Shown: piece by piece, positions 39,970 through 49,793 of the stretch
Numbering within the stretch: position 1 is the first letter of the stretch
Layout: each line of letters starts with the position of its first letter
NCBI GenBank assembly: GCA_965242635.1
Contig: OZ251471.1
Span: 1,893,662 to 1,957,661, forward strand
Origin: Bdellovibrionales bacterium
GTDB lineage: Bacteria > Bdellovibrionota > Bdellovibrionia > Bdellovibrionales > UBA1609
Direction: 5' to 3'
Length of the DNA stretch: 64,000 nucleotides
Translations under genes and position numbers: made by a program
The notes under the pieces: generated by a model
Told to the model about the DNA's origin: nothing
The model's input: the letters and a program-made list of their open reading frames with translations, nothing else
The model's database searches: none

Positions 39970-41817
39970 ATGAGCCAATTCAACCAGATACGCAATTTTT
40001 CCATTATTGCCCATATTGATCATGGGAAATCCACTTTGGCAGACGCCTTTCTGGAGTTTACCAAAGCGGTGGACGAGAGGCAGAGAAAGGCACAATTTCT
40101 GGATCAAATGGATTTGGAGCGGGAAAGGGGCATCACCATCAAGGCACAAACGGTGCGTCTTTCCTATAAAGCCGGGGATGACAAACTTTATCAGCTTAAT
40201 CTCATCGATACACCAGGCCATGTGGATTTTTCTTATGAGGTGTCCCGTTCTCTTTCTGCCTGTGAAGGGGCTTTGTTGGTGGTGGACGCCTCTCAGGGGG
40301 TGGAGGCACAGACAATGGCACATGCCTCTTTGGCCCTCACCCGCGATCTAAAACTCATCCCTGTCTTAAACAAAATGGATCTTTCTTCCGCCCGTCCGGA
40401 AGAAGTGGCCCAGGAGCTGGAAAGCCTTTTAGGTGTCCGGAAAGAAGATATTATTTATGTCAGTGCACAAAAGAGAACCGGCATTCAGGATATTTTGGAA
40501 AGAGTGGTCCGGGACATCCCCCCTCCCTTTGTCCCTCAGAGGGCGAGTTCTGCCATCGAGGCAGGTGCCACCCGCGGTGAAAAGCCAGCTTCCTTAAGGG
40601 CACTGGTGTTTGATTCCTGGTTTGATTCTTATCAGGGGGTGGTGGCCCTTTGCCGGGTAATGGAGGGGGAGATAAAAGTGGGGGATGAGGTGTTTTTTAT
40701 GCAGGGAGAGGCCAAAAGCCAGGTGTTGAAAGTGGGGGTTTTTAACCCCTTTCCCTTACAGGTGCAAAAGCTGAGAGCCGGAGAGGTGGGTTTTGTGATT
40801 ACCGGTATCAAGGGCATAAAGGATATTATTGTGGGGGACACCCTGACCCATGCAGAAAAACCAGCTCTTAAGCCTTTGGCCGGTTTCAAGAGACTGAAAC
40901 CCATGGTGTTTTCCTCTTTGTTTCCTGCGGAGGCTCAGGATTTTCCCCAGCTGAGAAAAGCTTTGGAAAAACTGGCCCTTAACGACTCCTCCCTTGTGTT
41001 TGAGGCTGAAAACTCCCCCGCCCTGGGCTTTGGTTTTCGCACAGGCTTTTTGGGCCTTTTGCACTTGGAGATCATTCAGGAAAGGCTGGAGAGGGAATTT
41101 GACCTGAATTTGATTGTCACAGCTCCTTCTGTCATTTACAAGGTATGGACCAAAGATGGAAAGGAGCACAGGCTGGATAACCCTTCCGCCCTGCCAGACC
41201 CTTCCAAAATAGAACGTATTGAAGAGCCTTTTGTGCGGGTGAGTATTCACACTTTAAATGAGTATGTGGGCGGGGTGTTAAAACTTTGTGAAGATAAAAG
41301 AGGTCAGCAAATTCGCATGGAATACAGCACTAACAACCGTGTGATCATAGAGTATCGTCTGCCCATGAGCGAGATTGTGATGGACTTTCATGATCGTCTG
41401 AAGTCTGTTTCGCGGGGTTATGGCTCGATGGAATATGACTGGACAGGCTTCTCTCCTTCGCCTTTGGTCAAGGTGGATATTTTGTTGAATGGGGAAAAAG
41501 TGGACGCGTTATCGATAATATTGCATCGTTCAAAGGCCCAAAGCAAAGGGCGTGCTTTGGTGCGGAAACTGAAGGAGCTTATTCCCCGTCAGCAGTATCA
41601 GGTGGCCATTCAGTCGGCCATTGGGTCCAAAATTATTGCCAGAGAGACTTTAAGTCCTGTAAGAAAGGATGTGACCGCCAAGTGTTATGGCGGGGATGTG
41701 ACCCGGAAAAGAAAACTGCTGGAGAAACAAAAAAGGGGCAAAAAAAGAATGAAAGCCATTGGAAGGGTGGATGTGCCCCAGTCTGCTTTTATGGCGGTGT
41801 TGAAGGCAGATGATTAA
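39970..41817 (+). CDS. lepA: Elongation factor 4
   Basis: AHIDHGKST, ERERGITIK, DTPGH and KCYGGDVTRK motifs. Confidence 0.98.
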   Translation: MSQFNQIRNFSIIAHIDHGKSTLADAFLEFTKAVDERQRKAQFLDQMDLERERGITIKAQTVRLSYKAGDDKLYQLNLIDTPGHVDFSYEVSRSLSACEGALLVVDASQGVEAQTMAHASLALTRDLKLIPVLNKMDLSSARPEEVAQELESLLGVRKEDIIYVSAQKRTGIQDILERVVRDIPPPFVPQRASSAIEAGATRGEKPASLRALVFDSWFDSYQGVVALCRVMEGEIKVGDEVFFMQGEAKSQVLKVGVFNPFPLQVQKLRAGEVGFVITGIKGIKDIIVGDTLTHAEKPALKPLAGFKRLKPMVFSSLFPAEAQDFPQLRKALEKLALNDSSLVFEAENSPALGFGFRTGFLGLLHLEIIQERLEREFDLNLIVTAPSVIYKVWTKDGKEHRLDNPSALPDPSKIERIEEPFVRVSIHTLNEYVGGVLKLCEDKRGQQIRMEYSTNNRVIIEYRLPMSEIVMDFHDRLKSVSRGYGSMEYDWTGFSPSPLVKVDILLNGEKVDALSIILHRSKAQSKGRALVRKLKELIPRQQYQVAIQSAIGSKIIARETLSPVRKDVTAKCYGGDVTRKRKLLEKQKRGKKRMKAIGRVDVPQSAFMAVLKADD

Positions 41818-42874
41818 AAAAGCATTGAATTTTCTTTATCCTTTTCTCACCATAGCCTGGCTGATATTGCTGGCACTTGTGCTGAGATGGAGTGTGCTGG
41901 AGGTTTATATTATGCCTTTTCATGGCATGATGCCCACCCTTTTGCCCAATGATCATGTTATTTCGAACAAATTGGCTTATGGGCTGAGGGTCCCGTTTTC
42001 CTCTCACTATTTGTCGCAATGGTCCCTCCCCAGGAGAGGGGAGGTGATTGTGTTTCGTTCCCCCTTTGATCGTCGCTCTCTTTCCATTCGAAGGGTGGTG
42101 GGGGTGCCGGGGGACAGGATTTTTTTTGAAAATGGCTCTCTTTATGTGAATGAGCAAAAAATAGCCAAACAGGTCCCTGACAGGAGAAAAAAAGACTGGT
42201 CATGGCTTAAGGACGAGGATTTTTCCGATGAGGGGCTGACGGAGGACAAAAGCCATTACAGACATTGGGAGGAGAGTTTGTCCCATTACAGCTACAGCAT
42301 TTTATTGAAGAGAAAAAAACAGGATTATCTGATTTTTGGTCCTTATTCTGTGCCCAAGGGATATTATTTTGTGATGGGGGACCACAGGGATCGTGCTCAG
42401 GACAGCCGCACCTGGCCGGCCCGGCTGAAAAAGGCCCAGGGAGTGGTGACTTTTTCCCGCTCCAAGGCGGGCAAGCCTTTGATTGTGGCCAAAGGCACAC
42501 TTTTACGAACAGGGGACACGCGTCTTCCGGAATATTTTGAAACCACAGGAGAGCTTTTGTTAAAGGGGCTTTCTGTGGATGTGCCTGTTCAGGCCAAAAA
42601 AGCGGGCCGGGCGGGTAATGTCCTGCCGGGCCAAATTCGTGTCATTGAGGGCCGGCTCTCCAAAAGCTTAAGTGTCCATAATGCAAAAGCTCTCACAGGG
42701 GGTGAGGATAAAAATTTGGTGCAGGAAAAGGATATTTTGGGCCGGCTGAGTCGTATTTGGTTCAGTTGTAAAAAAACCATAAATTCTGTTCCCTTTCTTT
42801 GCGATCCAAGATATATGAGATGGGACAGGACATTTTTTCCCGTCCACCACCGCCAGACTGGATCAGATTTATAA
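41810..42874 (+). CDS. Signal peptidase I homologue, predicted inactive, with an inserted baseplate-J-like domain
   Basis: S26 boxes are present but read PFHGM (Ser>Gly), IRRVVG (Lys>Arg) and GDHR; ~96-aa insertion after DSRTWP. Confidence 0.85.
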   Translation: MIKKALNFLYPFLTIAWLILLALVLRWSVLEVYIMPFHGMMPTLLPNDHVISNKLAYGLRVPFSSHYLSQWSLPRRGEVIVFRSPFDRRSLSIRRVVGVPGDRIFFENGSLYVNEQKIAKQVPDRRKKDWSWLKDEDFSDEGLTEDKSHYRHWEESLSHYSYSILLKRKKQDYLIFGPYSVPKGYYFVMGDHRDRAQDSRTWPARLKKAQGVVTFSRSKAGKPLIVAKGTLLRTGDTRLPEYFETTGELLLKGLSVDVPVQAKKAGRAGNVLPGQIRVIEGRLSKSLSVHNAKALTGGEDKNLVQEKDILGRLSRIWFSCKKTINSVPFLCDPRYMRWDRTFFPVHHRQTGSDL

Positions 42875-42898
42875 CATGAGACAAGAAGGAGAAAGACA

Positions 42899-43660
42899 AT
42901 GAATTTGAAAAAATGGTTTTTTGGGTTTTTTGACAAAAGCCTTGTTATTATTGCCTCGGCTATTTTGGTTTTTCGCTGGGCCTTTTTTGAGCCTTATGTG
43001 ATTCCCTCCGGCAGTATGATCCCCTCTTTGTTGGTGTATGATCATATTATCGTGAGCAAATGGGCTTATGGCCTGAGAGTGCCTTTTTCCAAAAAATGGC
43101 TGTGGCGTTGGGCCGAGCCGGAACGGGGGGAGGTGATTGTGTTTCGTCCTGTTCAGGAACAAAGAGGCATGAAGTTTATGGTCAAAAGGATTGTGGGCCT
43201 GCCGGGGGACACCATTTACATGGACGACAACAAACAGCTGTGGGTTAACGGAAAAAAAATGACCAGAATCCTGCTTTCCAATCAAGAAGGGGAGGGAACA
43301 GAGGAGCCACAGTTTTACCCCATCACAGAAAGAGATCTGGGTGCACCTTTTGAGGACTTTCGGTTTTATGTGGAAAAGCCTGAGAACACCCCTCCCTATC
43401 GTGTCATTTTGAGTGAGGAGATGTCTTTTTCTCTGCCTGCCAGCAAGGAATTTACTGTCCCGGAAGACTCTGTATTTGTGCTGGGGGATAACAGGGACAA
43501 ATCCCAGGACTCCCGGTTTTGGGGGCCTTTGCCTGTGAGCCATATCATGGGCCGGGCCAGCCTTGTCTGGCTCTCCTGTGAGGCCACTTTTTTCAATCTG
43601 CCACTGCTCTGCCATCCGGATAAAATGAGATTCTTCCGTTTAATGAAGACCATAAAATAG
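42899..43660 (+). CDS. lepB: Signal peptidase I
   Basis: PSGSMIPSL, VKRIVG and GDNRDKSQDSRFWG all intact. Confidence 0.96.
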   Translation: MNLKKWFFGFFDKSLVIIASAILVFRWAFFEPYVIPSGSMIPSLLVYDHIIVSKWAYGLRVPFSKKWLWRWAEPERGEVIVFRPVQEQRGMKFMVKRIVGLPGDTIYMDDNKQLWVNGKKMTRILLSNQEGEGTEEPQFYPITERDLGAPFEDFRFYVEKPENTPPYRVILSEEMSFSLPASKEFTVPEDSVFVLGDNRDKSQDSRFWGPLPVSHIMGRASLVWLSCEATFFNLPLLCHPDKMRFFRLMKTIK

Positions 43661-43760
43661 GTGGTTTGTGAGAATTGTCTTCAATGGCAAAAGCCTGTTG
43701 ACAGGTGAGTCAAGGCCCTGTTAAAGTGGGCCAAGCCCATAAAAAAAATGAGGACAAAAT

Positions 43761-44735
43761 ATGGAAAAAGACCAGGCCAAAAGCCAGAAAAACAAAATAT
43801 TTTTGGGGATCGATGATCTCAGCACGGAAAATATTGATTTTATTTTACGTGTTTCCTCAATATTCAAGCAGGAATCCTATAAAACAGGTCGTCTCATCCA
43901 TTGCATTGATCCGGAGGAGACAAAAGGCTTGGTGGTGCAGTTGCTGTTTGCCGAGCCCAGCACCCGCACCCGTGCCAGTTTTGAGGTGGCTTGTGGGAAA
44001 TTGGGCATAGCCACCACCTCCCTCTGGAACCTGCATTTTTCCAGCATGGCCAAAGGGGAAACTCTGGAGGACACCCTGCAATGCCTCATGGCCCTCAAAC
44101 CCAATATGATCGTTTTGCGGTGTGGGGAATTTAAAGGGGCAGAGGCTTTTTTAAGAGCCAGCCCTGTGCCTGTCATTAACGCGGGCCTTGGTGCCACGGA
44201 GCACCCCACACAGGCTTTAGTGGATGCCTGGACCATTAAAGAGAGACGAGGCAAAATAGAAGGGGAGAAAGTGCTGATCGTGGGGGATATTTTGCATTCC
44301 CGCGTGGCCAATTCCAACTTAAAACTGCTCACCCGCCTGGGTGCTCAGCTGGGGGTGTGTGCACCAGAGGAGTTAAGCCCCAAAGACACAAAGGAGTGGA
44401 AGGATGTGGCCCGTTTTGATTCCTTGAAAACAGGCATCAAGTGGGCGGATGTGCTTATGTGCCTGAGGGTGCAAAGGGAGAGGCACTCTCTCAGAAATAT
44501 TGGTTTTTCCATGGCCGAATACAGGGACAAATACCGTATTGGCCAGGATGAGATGGACTTGTTTCGATCGGACGGTATTTTACTGCACCCCGGCCCTGCT
44601 GTTCGTGGTGTGGAGATATCCAACCACGCCTTAAGCGATTCCCGTTGTCAGATTGTGGCTCAGGTGGAGCATGGTTCTTATGTGCGCTCAGCCATTATCA
44701 GCCTCATGCTGAACCTGAAGGTGAACACCCCATGA
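43761..44735 (+). CDS. pyrB: Aspartate carbamoyltransferase catalytic subunit
   Basis: FAEPSTRT, EHPTQ, GDILHSRVA and HPGP motifs. Confidence 0.96.
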   Translation: MEKDQAKSQKNKIFLGIDDLSTENIDFILRVSSIFKQESYKTGRLIHCIDPEETKGLVVQLLFAEPSTRTRASFEVACGKLGIATTSLWNLHFSSMAKGETLEDTLQCLMALKPNMIVLRCGEFKGAEAFLRASPVPVINAGLGATEHPTQALVDAWTIKERRGKIEGEKVLIVGDILHSRVANSNLKLLTRLGAQLGVCAPEELSPKDTKEWKDVARFDSLKTGIKWADVLMCLRVQRERHSLRNIGFSMAEYRDKYRIGQDEMDLFRSDGILLHPGPAVRGVEISNHALSDSRCQIVAQVEHGSYVRSAIISLMLNLKVNTP

Positions 44736-45874
44736 AAAGCCCTGCCTCTTTGCCAAAACAAACCGGGCTGACCCTTCCGCCCGCCCCCGGTTTTTTGGTG
44801 TTGGAGACGGGGGAAGTATTCGGGGGTTGTTTTTTGGGCGGGACGGAACGGGCCGGGGAGCTGGTTTTTAACACCTCCCACAGCGGCTATGAGGAAATAG
44901 CCACAGATCCTTCTTATTTTCAGCAGATTTTGGTGATGACAGCCCCCATGCAGGGGAACTATGGGGACAGTGATGAGGTGTGGGAATCCTCCCGCATTTA
45001 CATCCAGGCCCTGATTTGCATGGAGATGCAAAAAGGTGTCAGGGACGCCCGCTGGAAAGACAAACTCATCTCTCATGGTGTGCCCGTTTTATCTGAGGTG
45101 GACACCCGTGCCCTGACTTTGTGTTTGAGGAAAAAAGGGACTTTGTGGGGGGCTTTGATCCGGGAGTCCGACTGGCGAAAAGCACAGGAAAGGGCCTCTC
45201 ATTTTATTGTGTCGGCCCGTAAAATGGAAAAAGACTGGCCCTTTATGGTGACAGACAAAAAAATCAGGGAAATAAAAGGGAGCAAAGCCAAAGGTCCAAA
45301 AGTGGTGGTTATGGATTTTGGGTGCAAACAGAATATTGTCAGGGAGTTGAAAAAAAGAACCAGCAGTATTGTTATAGTGCCTCCCCGGACTTCTGTGGAG
45401 GATATTTTAAGGTGGAAGCCGGATGGGCTTTTGCTCTCCAATGGGCCAGGGGATCCGGCCGAGGTTAAAGTGGCGGTGGACACAGTCCGAAGTCTTTTGG
45501 GCCGGTTTTTTATTTTCGGCATTTGTATGGGGCATCAGATTTTGGCTTTGGCTTTGGGGGCCAAAACTTACAAGCTGAAATTTGGGCACAGGGGGAGCAA
45601 CCACCCGGTGAGAGACAGGCTGATGAAAAAAGTTTATGTCACCAGCCAAAATCATGGTTATGCCGTGGAAAAAGAAAGCCTGCCCCCTCATGTGGAGATA
45701 AGTCACACCAACTTAAATGATGGCACAGTGGAGGGTTTTTTTTCCAAAAAAGACCAATGCCTTGGGATTCAGTTTCACCCGGAAAGCCATCCTGGCCCAA
45801 GAGAGGCTGTGGCCTTGTTTGATTTTTTTATCAAAGCCATTAAAAAGCCTGCCGGCAAAAAAAGAAAATCATGA
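44732..45874 (+). CDS. carA: Carbamoyl-phosphate synthase small subunit
   Basis: GELVFNT, TDPSY, SNGPGDP, GICMGHQ and QFHPE motifs. Confidence 0.97.
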   Translation: MKSPASLPKQTGLTLPPAPGFLVLETGEVFGGCFLGGTERAGELVFNTSHSGYEEIATDPSYFQQILVMTAPMQGNYGDSDEVWESSRIYIQALICMEMQKGVRDARWKDKLISHGVPVLSEVDTRALTLCLRKKGTLWGALIRESDWRKAQERASHFIVSARKMEKDWPFMVTDKKIREIKGSKAKGPKVVVMDFGCKQNIVRELKKRTSSIVIVPPRTSVEDILRWKPDGLLLSNGPGDPAEVKVAVDTVRSLLGRFFIFGICMGHQILALALGAKTYKLKFGHRGSNHPVRDRLMKKVYVTSQNHGYAVEKESLPPHVEISHTNLNDGTVEGFFSKKDQCLGIQFHPESHPGPREAVALFDFFIKAIKKPAGKKRKS

Positions 45875-45935
45875 GTCGCGAACCGACCGGCAAATAGTCG
45901 CAAACCGACCGGCAAAAGTCGCAAACCGACCGGCC
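45874..45935. repeat. Repeat C, three tandem ~21-bp units between convergent genes
   Basis: agtcgcaaaccgaccggcaaa x3. Confidence 0.9.
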
Positions 45936-45940
45936 ATTTT

Positions 45941-46276
45941 TTATTTGGAAGGAGCTGGATTTTCCTTAACTGAGACTCCTTCAAACAAAGCTCCTTTTTC
46001 CACATACAGCTGAGGTGCACTCAACTGGCCATAAAATTCCGATCCTTTTAAAAGCTCTATTTTTTGAGAGGCCTTGAGTTCCCCTTTCATAAGGCCTTTC
46101 AGTATGAGAGATCCCAACTCAGCACGGGCCTCCACATGGGCCCCAGGCTCCACAATCAAAACACCGGGGCTGACAATCTCCCCCTTGAACCGGCCACAAA
46201 GCCGGGCTGTCCCCTCAAAGCTGAGTCGCCCTTCAAAAAAAGCCCCGCGGGTTAAAATAACATTTGTGTTTTCCAT
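45941..46276 (-). CDS. Bactofilin (polymer-forming cytoskeletal protein)
   Basis: FEGRLSFEG...GRFKGEI...VEKGALFEG. Confidence 0.9.
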   Translation of the reverse strand: MENTNVILTRGAFFEGRLSFEGTARLCGRFKGEIVSPGVLIVEPGAHVEARAELGSLILKGLMKGELKASQKIELLKGSEFYGQLSAPQLYVEKGALFEGVSVKENPAPSK

Positions 46277-46283
46277 GAGAGAT

Positions 46284-47189
46284 CTATTGGGAATCCAGTA
46301 AAAGCGACATTAACATATTCAACTCCCTGTCAGAAAAAAACCTGAGCCTCAGCTCTCCCCCTTTTTTTCGAAAATGAATTTGTGCCTTCACCCCCCGTCG
46401 ATCCTTTAAAAGCTTTAAGGCTGTTTTATGTTGTTTTTTGGGCTGTTTGGCCGGGGACTTTTCTTTCTTTGAGGATAAAAGGGCGGTGGCTTTTCGGACC
46501 CCGGTCCGGTGTTTGGCAAAATGCCTGGCCCATTTACTTTGTGTGTGCGGATCTTTTTCCTGTAAAAGCACTTTGGCCACGGCAAAAGAGATCTGTCCCT
46601 TTAAAACCAGTTCCTGTGCCGTCCGGCTCAATTTTAAGAGCCTCAGGCTGTTGGTGAGAGTGGTCCGGGGAAGGCTCAGGTGCTCAGCCAGTTTCTCCTG
46701 ACTGATGTTTTGTTCTTCCAGCAGAGCCTTGTAGGCTGTGGCCAGCTCTATCGGGTTTAAGTCCTCTCTTTGCAGGTTTTCCACCAGGGACAGAAAAGGG
46801 TTAATTTGCTCCTGTTTGAGAATCCAGACGGGGATTTCGTGGAGGCCCGCCAGCCCGGCCGCCCGCCACCTTCTCTCCCCAGCCACAATCTCATGGTTTG
46901 AGCCTTTTTTCCGGACCACCACGGGCTGAATGAGACCGTTTTTCCGGATGGAGTTGGCCAGCTCCCTCAAAAGAGCTTTGTCAAAAACCCGGCGGGGTTG
47001 ACGGGGGTTGGGCTTTATTTTTTCTATGCCCAAAAGGGTTTTGTGCTTGATTTCAGAGGCGGGAAACAGATTTTCCAGGCCCCGTCCCAAAGCCTGCCGG
47101 CGAAAAGCCGGGTTGGGAGCTTTGCCTCTCTGGCCCCGTTCTCTAATCACAAGCCCTTTACGGGCTGAAAACAAATCTTTGGAAGACAT
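46284..47189 (-). CDS. parB: Chromosome partitioning protein ParB
   Basis: ALGRGL, NPRQPR, GERRWRA and ENLQRED motifs. Confidence 0.96.
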   Translation of the reverse strand: MSSKDLFSARKGLVIRERGQRGKAPNPAFRRQALGRGLENLFPASEIKHKTLLGIEKIKPNPRQPRRVFDKALLRELANSIRKNGLIQPVVVRKKGSNHEIVAGERRWRAAGLAGLHEIPVWILKQEQINPFLSLVENLQREDLNPIELATAYKALLEEQNISQEKLAEHLSLPRTTLTNSLRLLKLSRTAQELVLKGQISFAVAKVLLQEKDPHTQSKWARHFAKHRTGVRKATALLSSKKEKSPAKQPKKQHKTALKLLKDRRGVKAQIHFRKKGGELRLRFFSDRELNMLMSLLLDSQ

Positions 47190-47209
47190 AAAAAAAACCT
47201 TTCTTTGGT

Positions 47210-48022
47210 TTAAGTCGGCAGGCCTGGGCCCTCCACAGGTAAAGATGGAGAATGTTTTTGTGCCTGCTGGGGCCGACCAGCAGACAGCTCACGAGCCAGT
47301 TGCTCATACGCCATGGCCCCCAAACAGTGCCGGTCATACTGAAAAATGCTTTTTCCAAAACCCGGTGCTTCACTCAGACGCACATTGCGGGGGATAAGTG
47401 TTTCAAACACCTGCTCTCCAAAATGACGACGCACCTCTTTTTCCACCTGATAGCTTAAGGAGTTACGGGCATCAAACAGGGTCAACAAAATACCATGCAA
47501 TTTCAGGGAGGGGTTCCACCGCTCCTTGACCTCACGGGCCGTCTCCAAAAGGCGACTCAAGCCCTCCAGGGCATAATACTCACACTGCAAAGGCACAATA
47601 AAAGTGTCCGAGGCACTGAGGGCATTTAAGGTCAAAAGGCCAAGGGAGGGAGGGGTGTCAATCAAAATCAAATGGTAGTCTTTTTTTATTTCCTTTAAGA
47701 TTTTTTTTAAGAAAAAAACCCTGTTCTCCTGCCCGGCCAGCTCCATTTCCGCCCCCGCCAAATCCATGGAAGAGGGGGCCACTTCCAAAAAAGCTTCTGC
47801 CGTGGAGCACAGCACCTCCTTTAGGGGGTTTTTCCCCATCAGGGCCTCATATACACCCACCGGGGCAGAAACACCCAGGCCACTGGTGGCACTCCCCTGA
47901 GGATCCAGATCCACCAGCAAAGTCCTTTGCCCTTTCAGGGAAAAGGCCGAGGAAAGGTTAAGGGCTGTGGTGGTTTTGCCCACCCCTCCTTTTTGATTGG
48001 CTATGCTGATGATTTGTCCCAT
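47210..48022 (-). CDS. parA: ParA/Soj ATPase
   Basis: NQKGGVGKTT, DPQG, QCEYYALEG and IPRNVRLSEAP motifs. Confidence 0.96.
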   Translation of the reverse strand: MGQIISIANQKGGVGKTTTALNLSSAFSLKGQRTLLVDLDPQGSATSGLGVSAPVGVYEALMGKNPLKEVLCSTAEAFLEVAPSSMDLAGAEMELAGQENRVFFLKKILKEIKKDYHLILIDTPPSLGLLTLNALSASDTFIVPLQCEYYALEGLSRLLETAREVKERWNPSLKLHGILLTLFDARNSLSYQVEKEVRRHFGEQVFETLIPRNVRLSEAPGFGKSIFQYDRHCLGAMAYEQLARELSAGRPQQAQKHSPSLPVEGPGLPT

Positions 48023-48032
48023 AACATTCCCT

Positions 48033-48452
48033 CTAAAAAATCAAAAAATTGGAAAGGACCAATAAGGCCAACACAATATACAAAACACCGGACACCCTTA
48101 GATACCATTTTAAGAAGGAGGATTTCCAGCGATAGATCGGCCTTATTTTCAAAAAAAGCCGGGGCCAAAACAAAAGCAAAAGGCTTTTGCATAAAGTGAT
48201 CCAGCCTGTAAGTGTCACAATAACAGAGGGGCTTAAAGTCCAGTCATTATGAGTTAATACCAAAAACAGGGCCAGGGGGAGGCACACAAAACCACTTAAA
48301 AGGCACACCAAAAGAAAGTTGGGTGGGCTGAGCTGGGCCAATAAATTCATCAGAGCCAGATACAGGCGGGTCTGCAGAAGGAAGGAAAGCCCGATGGCAA
48401 AAAACAGGCAAAACACCACCTGCTCAGACAAAAAAAACAGATTTTCCTGCAT
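48033..48452 (-). CDS. 4-TM membrane protein
   Basis: Hydrophobic ORF with THNDW...IVTLTGW; AGGTG SD. Confidence 0.75.
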   Translation of the reverse strand: MQENLFFLSEQVVFCLFFAIGLSFLLQTRLYLALMNLLAQLSPPNFLLVCLLSGFVCLPLALFLVLTHNDWTLSPSVIVTLTGWITLCKSLLLLFWPRLFLKIRPIYRWKSSFLKWYLRVSGVLYIVLALLVLSNFLIF

Positions 48453-48578
48453 AAAAACCACCTTTCCTGATTTCCTTGACCAGTTTTTTCACAAACCACT
48501 CATATAATAGTTTTACAATCAGGGCAATGTTTTTTTTATTTCAGGCAGAATAATGACACAAAGCAAAAAATCTTGCTT

Positions 48579-48673
48579 TATACTGGTCTGGTTTGAAAAT
48601 GCATGTTTCACATTTGTCTTGTGGGAGGAAAACAGCCCAAAAGTAGCACCTTTTTCAAAACCAGTTTGGTTTA
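48579..48673 (-). mobile_element. MITE-like repeat A, full copy; its end overlaps the ribH stop codon
   Basis: 95 bp, highly similar to 36489-36583. Confidence 0.8.
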
Positions 48674-49156
48674 TTTTTGGGTGGTGTCTGCTTTGATTTC
48701 TTTGTAGAGAGAGAGCATGGTAAGGGCTGTCCGGACAGCCTCCCGACCCATGTTGCCTTTGCCAGCTGGTTCGTGACTTTTGCCGGTTGGTTGGCGACCT
48801 TCGGCACGGGTTAGGGCCTGCTCTTTGTTGTCGGTCATCAGAATTCCAAAAACCACCGGGCGGTTCATTTCCATTTGCACCTGCATGAGGCCTTGTTCCA
48901 CCAGCCGGCAACAGGCCTCATAGTGGGAGGTCTCTCCACGGATAAGGGCCCCCAGGGCCACCACAGCCGAAAAACCTTCCTGAAAGAGCCATTTGGCTGT
49001 CAGGGGAATCTCCACTGCTCCCGGCACCTCCACTAACTTAAAATTTTGGACACCCGCTTTTTTCAGTTCCTTCAGTGCCCCTGCCTTTAAAGCTTGAGCC
49101 AGCTCCGGGTAAAACACAGAAAGGACTATGGCTATTTCAGGTTTTTTTGTTTTCAC
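48671..49156 (-). CDS. ribH: 6,7-dimethyl-8-ribityllumazine synthase
   Basis: VPGAVEIP, IRGETSH and PVVFGIL motifs; contains in-frame repeat C units. Confidence 0.95.
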   Translation of the reverse strand: MKTKKPEIAIVLSVFYPELAQALKAGALKELKKAGVQNFKLVEVPGAVEIPLTAKWLFQEGFSAVVALGALIRGETSHYEACCRLVEQGLMQVQMEMNRPVVFGILMTDNKEQALTRAEGRQPTGKSHEPAGKGNMGREAVRTALTMLSLYKEIKADTTQK

Positions 49157-49719
49157 TGGCGGGTATAAGTGGCTTGGTAAACAGTTTGTGTGCGCCCTTC
49201 CTTGGGATTATCTATATCATTGGTTCTGGTGAACAACAGCTTTTTTCCATTAAGCTCAAAAGCATAAGATCCTGGGATCACATATCTCACATTTCCATCC
49301 GTGTCTTTTCTGATCCATTTCAGTTCAATAAAGATGGAATCTCCTTTGCCTGTCAGTTTGCGACCTTTAAAATAAGTGACAGATTCGGTGAGCAGGGTGT
49401 AGGGGGCCTGATCCGGCACTTTGTCATAAACCTGTGTGCGTTTTTGCCAGAGGGAACCGTGTTCGGCCAAACCGTAAGTTATTGGGGCACTGTGGGCGGG
49501 AAGTTTAATCTTTATATAAGTGGGGTGGATGACAATACTTTCCGGGTAGGGGAGTCGATCTGAAGAATTGGGGTCCGGGTCTTTTGTTATTTTTGAGAGC
49601 TTCCATGGACCCATTAAAGGGTTTTCGGCAAAGCCCTGTTCGCAGGAACCGCCGGTGGCGTGGGTTGTTGTTGTCAGCCCTGCCAACAGAAGAAACATAA
49701 AGAGATTTTTGATGCCCAT
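49153..49719 (-). CDS. Secreted hypothetical protein (beta-rich)
   Basis: Signal peptide ending THA; AGGAGG SD. Confidence 0.8.
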   Translation of the reverse strand: MGIKNLFMFLLLAGLTTTTHATGGSCEQGFAENPLMGPWKLSKITKDPDPNSSDRLPYPESIVIHPTYIKIKLPAHSAPITYGLAEHGSLWQKRTQVYDKVPDQAPYTLLTESVTYFKGRKLTGKGDSIFIELKWIRKDTDGNVRYVIPGSYAFELNGKKLLFTRTNDIDNPKEGRTQTVYQATYTRQ

Positions 49720-49730
49720 CCCGGTCCCTC

Positions 49731-49793
49731 CTTTGCCAGTCGGTTGGCGACCTTTGCCAGTCGGTTGGCGACCTTTGCCAGTCGGTTGGCGAC
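49731..49793. repeat. Repeat C, three exact 21-bp units
   Basis: ctttgccagtcggttggcgac x3. Confidence 0.95.

Noticed and set aside
43761-45874. Loss of carB/pyrC (and of rpmI-rplT, cdsA, rimM elsewhere)
   Set aside because: Absence from the window shows only rearrangement; the genes may lie elsewhere in the genome
46284-48022. oriC next to parAB
   Set aside because: No dnaA/gidAB genes or DnaA-box cluster recognised
49731-49793. Mini-CRISPR from 21-bp repeats
   Set aside because: There are no spacers; these are head-to-tail repeats
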